64,000 nucleotides of DNA, taken from the sequence record ON529855.1; one strand, written 5' to 3'. Of the stretch, positions 62,191 to 64,000 are shown piece after piece. Positions within the stretch are counted from its first letter, which is position 1. Every line of letters begins with the position of its first letter. Below the pieces are notes generated by a model that worked only from the letters and a program-made list of their open reading frames with translations, ran no database searches and was not told the origin of the DNA. Both the position numbers and the translations under genes were made by a program.

Positions 62191-62287
62191 CGCGGTGATT
62201 CCTTGGCAGGGGCGGCAACAGCGCCGCCCGTCTGTTAGAGCACGCGGAACATTCCTTTACAAGAGCGTTCCGCGCTTTTTTTTGAGG

Positions 62288-62473
62288 TCAGCGGCGGGCC
62301 GGGCGCGACCAGCGGGGTTCAGTCCCGCGCGGCGGCATCGGAGCCGAATCGTCGTCGTCGTGGTCGCGCCACTTGCGCGAACGGGAGGCTTCGCGGCTGG
62401 CGAATCGGTCCTGCTTGTCGAGCGTGTTGCGGGTGTCGTCGAGGGCGGCGTTACGGCGGAAGGTGCGGGCCAT
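62288..62473 (-). CDS. Small early protein
   Basis: ATG at 62473 (MARTFRR), CtrA-box promoter at 62541. Confidence 0.55.
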   Translation of the reverse strand: MARTFRRNAALDDTRNTLDKQDRFASREASRSRKWRDHDDDDSAPMPPRGTEPRWSRPARR

Positions 62474-62787
62474 GTCTGGACTCCAAGGGTTCGGGCGGCG
62501 GCCAATCCGTCGCCCTGTTGACACCCTAGAGGCCGAGGTCTTAACAAAACGTTAAGAACGGGGCCAGTCGAAAATCTTTCTGCTGTTAATCTTTTGTTAA
62601 GACTTCCGCCCTATGCTGTATCTTAGGGAGGGATCGGCTGGGCCGTTAACCATGTTCGTTAGGGCGGCGTTAACCTTAACAAAACCTTAAGCCCGTTAAC
62701 CTGAATCGTTAAGGTTAACGGATTCGCCCGCCGCGTTAACCATGTTTCCCACGGCACAAAGAGAGGGGGCTGTCAAGCCCCCTCGCC

Positions 62788-63030
62788 TTAATCGTGGCGG
62801 AAGATCGTGCGGGGCTTGGCGGCCAGCCGCATGGCGTGGCGGCGCTCGATTCGCTTGCCCTGATAGAAATAGGTGCAGCGACCGAAACGGCCCTTCGGGC
62901 CGCGATGGATGCGCGTGACCAGTTCGCCGCCGTTCACTTGCGCGACCAGAACGGTCAGGCGAGCGGTGCGGGCCTCGACCAGCGAGGCGGTCAGGGCGTT
63001 GCGGGCGTTCAGGGTGCGGGCGGTTTGCAT
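62788..63030 (-). CDS. Small early protein
   Basis: ATG at 63030 (MQTARTL), CtrA-box promoter at 63087. Confidence 0.6.
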   Translation of the reverse strand: MQTARTLNARNALTASLVEARTARLTVLVAQVNGGELVTRIHRGPKGRFGRCTYFYQGKRIERRHAMRLAAKPRTIFRHD

Positions 63031-63156
63031 CGGGCGTCTCCGTGAGGGCCAATCCCTCTTGACCTGACCAATATGGGGCCAAGAAGTTAACAAGAGGTTA
63101 ACAGCGCGAGAAAAGTTCGCTGAAAACGACTCGCAAGTTTTCGGCCCTCGGCGCCG

Positions 63157-63490
63157 GGCGCGGAGGGGGTGCGGGCCTCGACCGGGCCGGGGCGGCGCTG
63201 GAGCCCGGCGGCGACCGGGCTGGCGCGGAGGGGGGCGCGGGCCTCGACCGGGCCGGGGCGGCGCTGGAGCCGGGCGGGAGGCTTCGCCCCCGTGGGCGGA
63301 AACGGCCCGACGTCAAGTTCGCCCGCGTGGGTGAAAACGGCCCGACGTCAAGTTCGCCCGTGGGCGGAAATGAAGCCGCGTCAAGTCAAGTCCGCAAGCG
63401 AAAGCGAAGCGGCGTCAGGTCAAGCCCGAAGGCGAAAGCGAAGCGGCGTCAGGTCAAGCCCGAAGGCGAAAGCGACGCCGCGTCAGGTCA
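63157..63490. repeat. Non-coding tandem repeat block (50 bp x2; 26 bp x2; 34 bp x3-4)
   Basis: GGCGCGGAGGGGG..GGGCCTCGACCGGGCCGGGGCGGCGCTGGAGCC; AAACGGCCCGACGTCAAGTTCGCCCG; GCGAAAGCGAAGCGGCGTCAGGTCAAGCCCGAAG. Confidence 0.8.
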
Positions 63491-63967
63491 GGCGGTCAGC
63501 GTCCGCCGATTGACCGAATCGGCGTAGGCCCAGGCGCGGTTGCGCTCTTCGGCGCGGGCGTAAGCCTCGGCGGCTTCGGCGGCGCATTGCGCCTCGAACG
63601 CCTCGCGCGGGAAGTCCCGCTCGATGCGCTCGCGTTGGGTCTCATGCCACGGGCGCGGGTCATGTTTCGGGGCGGGCGCCGGCGGCGCTTTGCCGTCCAA
63701 GGTGACGCGCGCGCCTTTCAGACCGTGCGACCAGCAGCCGCCGGGGGACAGGTTGTCCAGCAGGGTCTCCGCGCTCATGCCCTCGGGCGCGGTCAGGGCG
63801 AGGCCGGTGCGGCGGTGCAGGACGTGGGCCGGGAACAGGCCCGTCGCCGGGTCCGGCAGGATCAGGGCGTAGGCGGGGGCGTAGCCGTCGGAGTCGGTCG
63901 CGCCGTTTTCCAGCAGATAGGCGTTGATGGCGGGGTTGGCCTTGAGGGCTTTGGCGAGGGTCAACAT
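63488..63967 (-). CDS. Early hypothetical protein
   Basis: 159 aa with GGAG SD. Confidence 0.6.
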   Translation of the reverse strand: MLTLAKALKANPAINAYLLENGATDSDGYAPAYALILPDPATGLFPAHVLHRRTGLALTAPEGMSAETLLDNLSPGGCWSHGLKGARVTLDGKAPPAPAPKHDPRPWHETQRERIERDFPREAFEAQCAAEAAEAYARAEERNRAWAYADSVNRRTLTA

Positions 63968-64000
63968 GACGGGCGTCTCCGGTTTCGATCCTGCTACTCT

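Larger units (their letters stand above)
61633..62680. repeat. 95 bp direct repeat x2 (61633-61727, 62586-62680; 3 mismatches)
   Basis: Read directly; each copy carries a CtrA box and GTTAAC units. Confidence 0.85.
58212..63101. promoter_or_regulatory. Array of 12 perfect CtrA boxes (TTAA-N7-TTAA)
   Basis: Starts at 58212, 59035, 59331, 59753, 60123, 60564, 61588, 61633, 62541, 62586, 62676, 63087. Confidence 0.85.

Overview
This is a 64 kb, GC-rich segment of a large phiCbK-like siphophage (Caulobacter/Brevundimonas type), read almost entirely on the minus strand. In transcription order (right to left) it contains the following. (1) An early region of small genes, most with their own promoter carrying a perfect CtrA box (TTAA-N7-TTAA); it includes an ArdC-like and an RMF-like gene. 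(2) A GANTC-rich, G/C-tract boundary near 57.6-57.9 kb. (3) A trypsin-like protease and the portal. (4) About 17 kb of small accessory genes. (5) HNH, scaffold, major and minor capsid. (6) A plus-strand ~500 nt structured RNA. (7) A separate operon of fibre-like proteins, including a 3019 aa protein with 8 polyglycine modules. (8) About 29 tRNA genes in three clusters, plus tRNA/tmRNA-like RNAs. (9) Auxiliary genes (metallophosphoesterase, GapR, peptide deformylase, PAS, PhoH). (10) Head-tail connector genes and the start of the tail tube. No terminase is visible. The most striking signal is that each of the two main tRNA clusters sits behind a promoter, a short leader ORF and an intrinsic terminator. 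The leader codons match the anticodons of that cluster's own tRNAs, and an antiterminator segment follows the sensing codons. This looks like a ribosome-mediated attenuator that would switch phage tRNA genes on when the matching host tRNAs run short. All calls are by eye; no database search or folding program was run.
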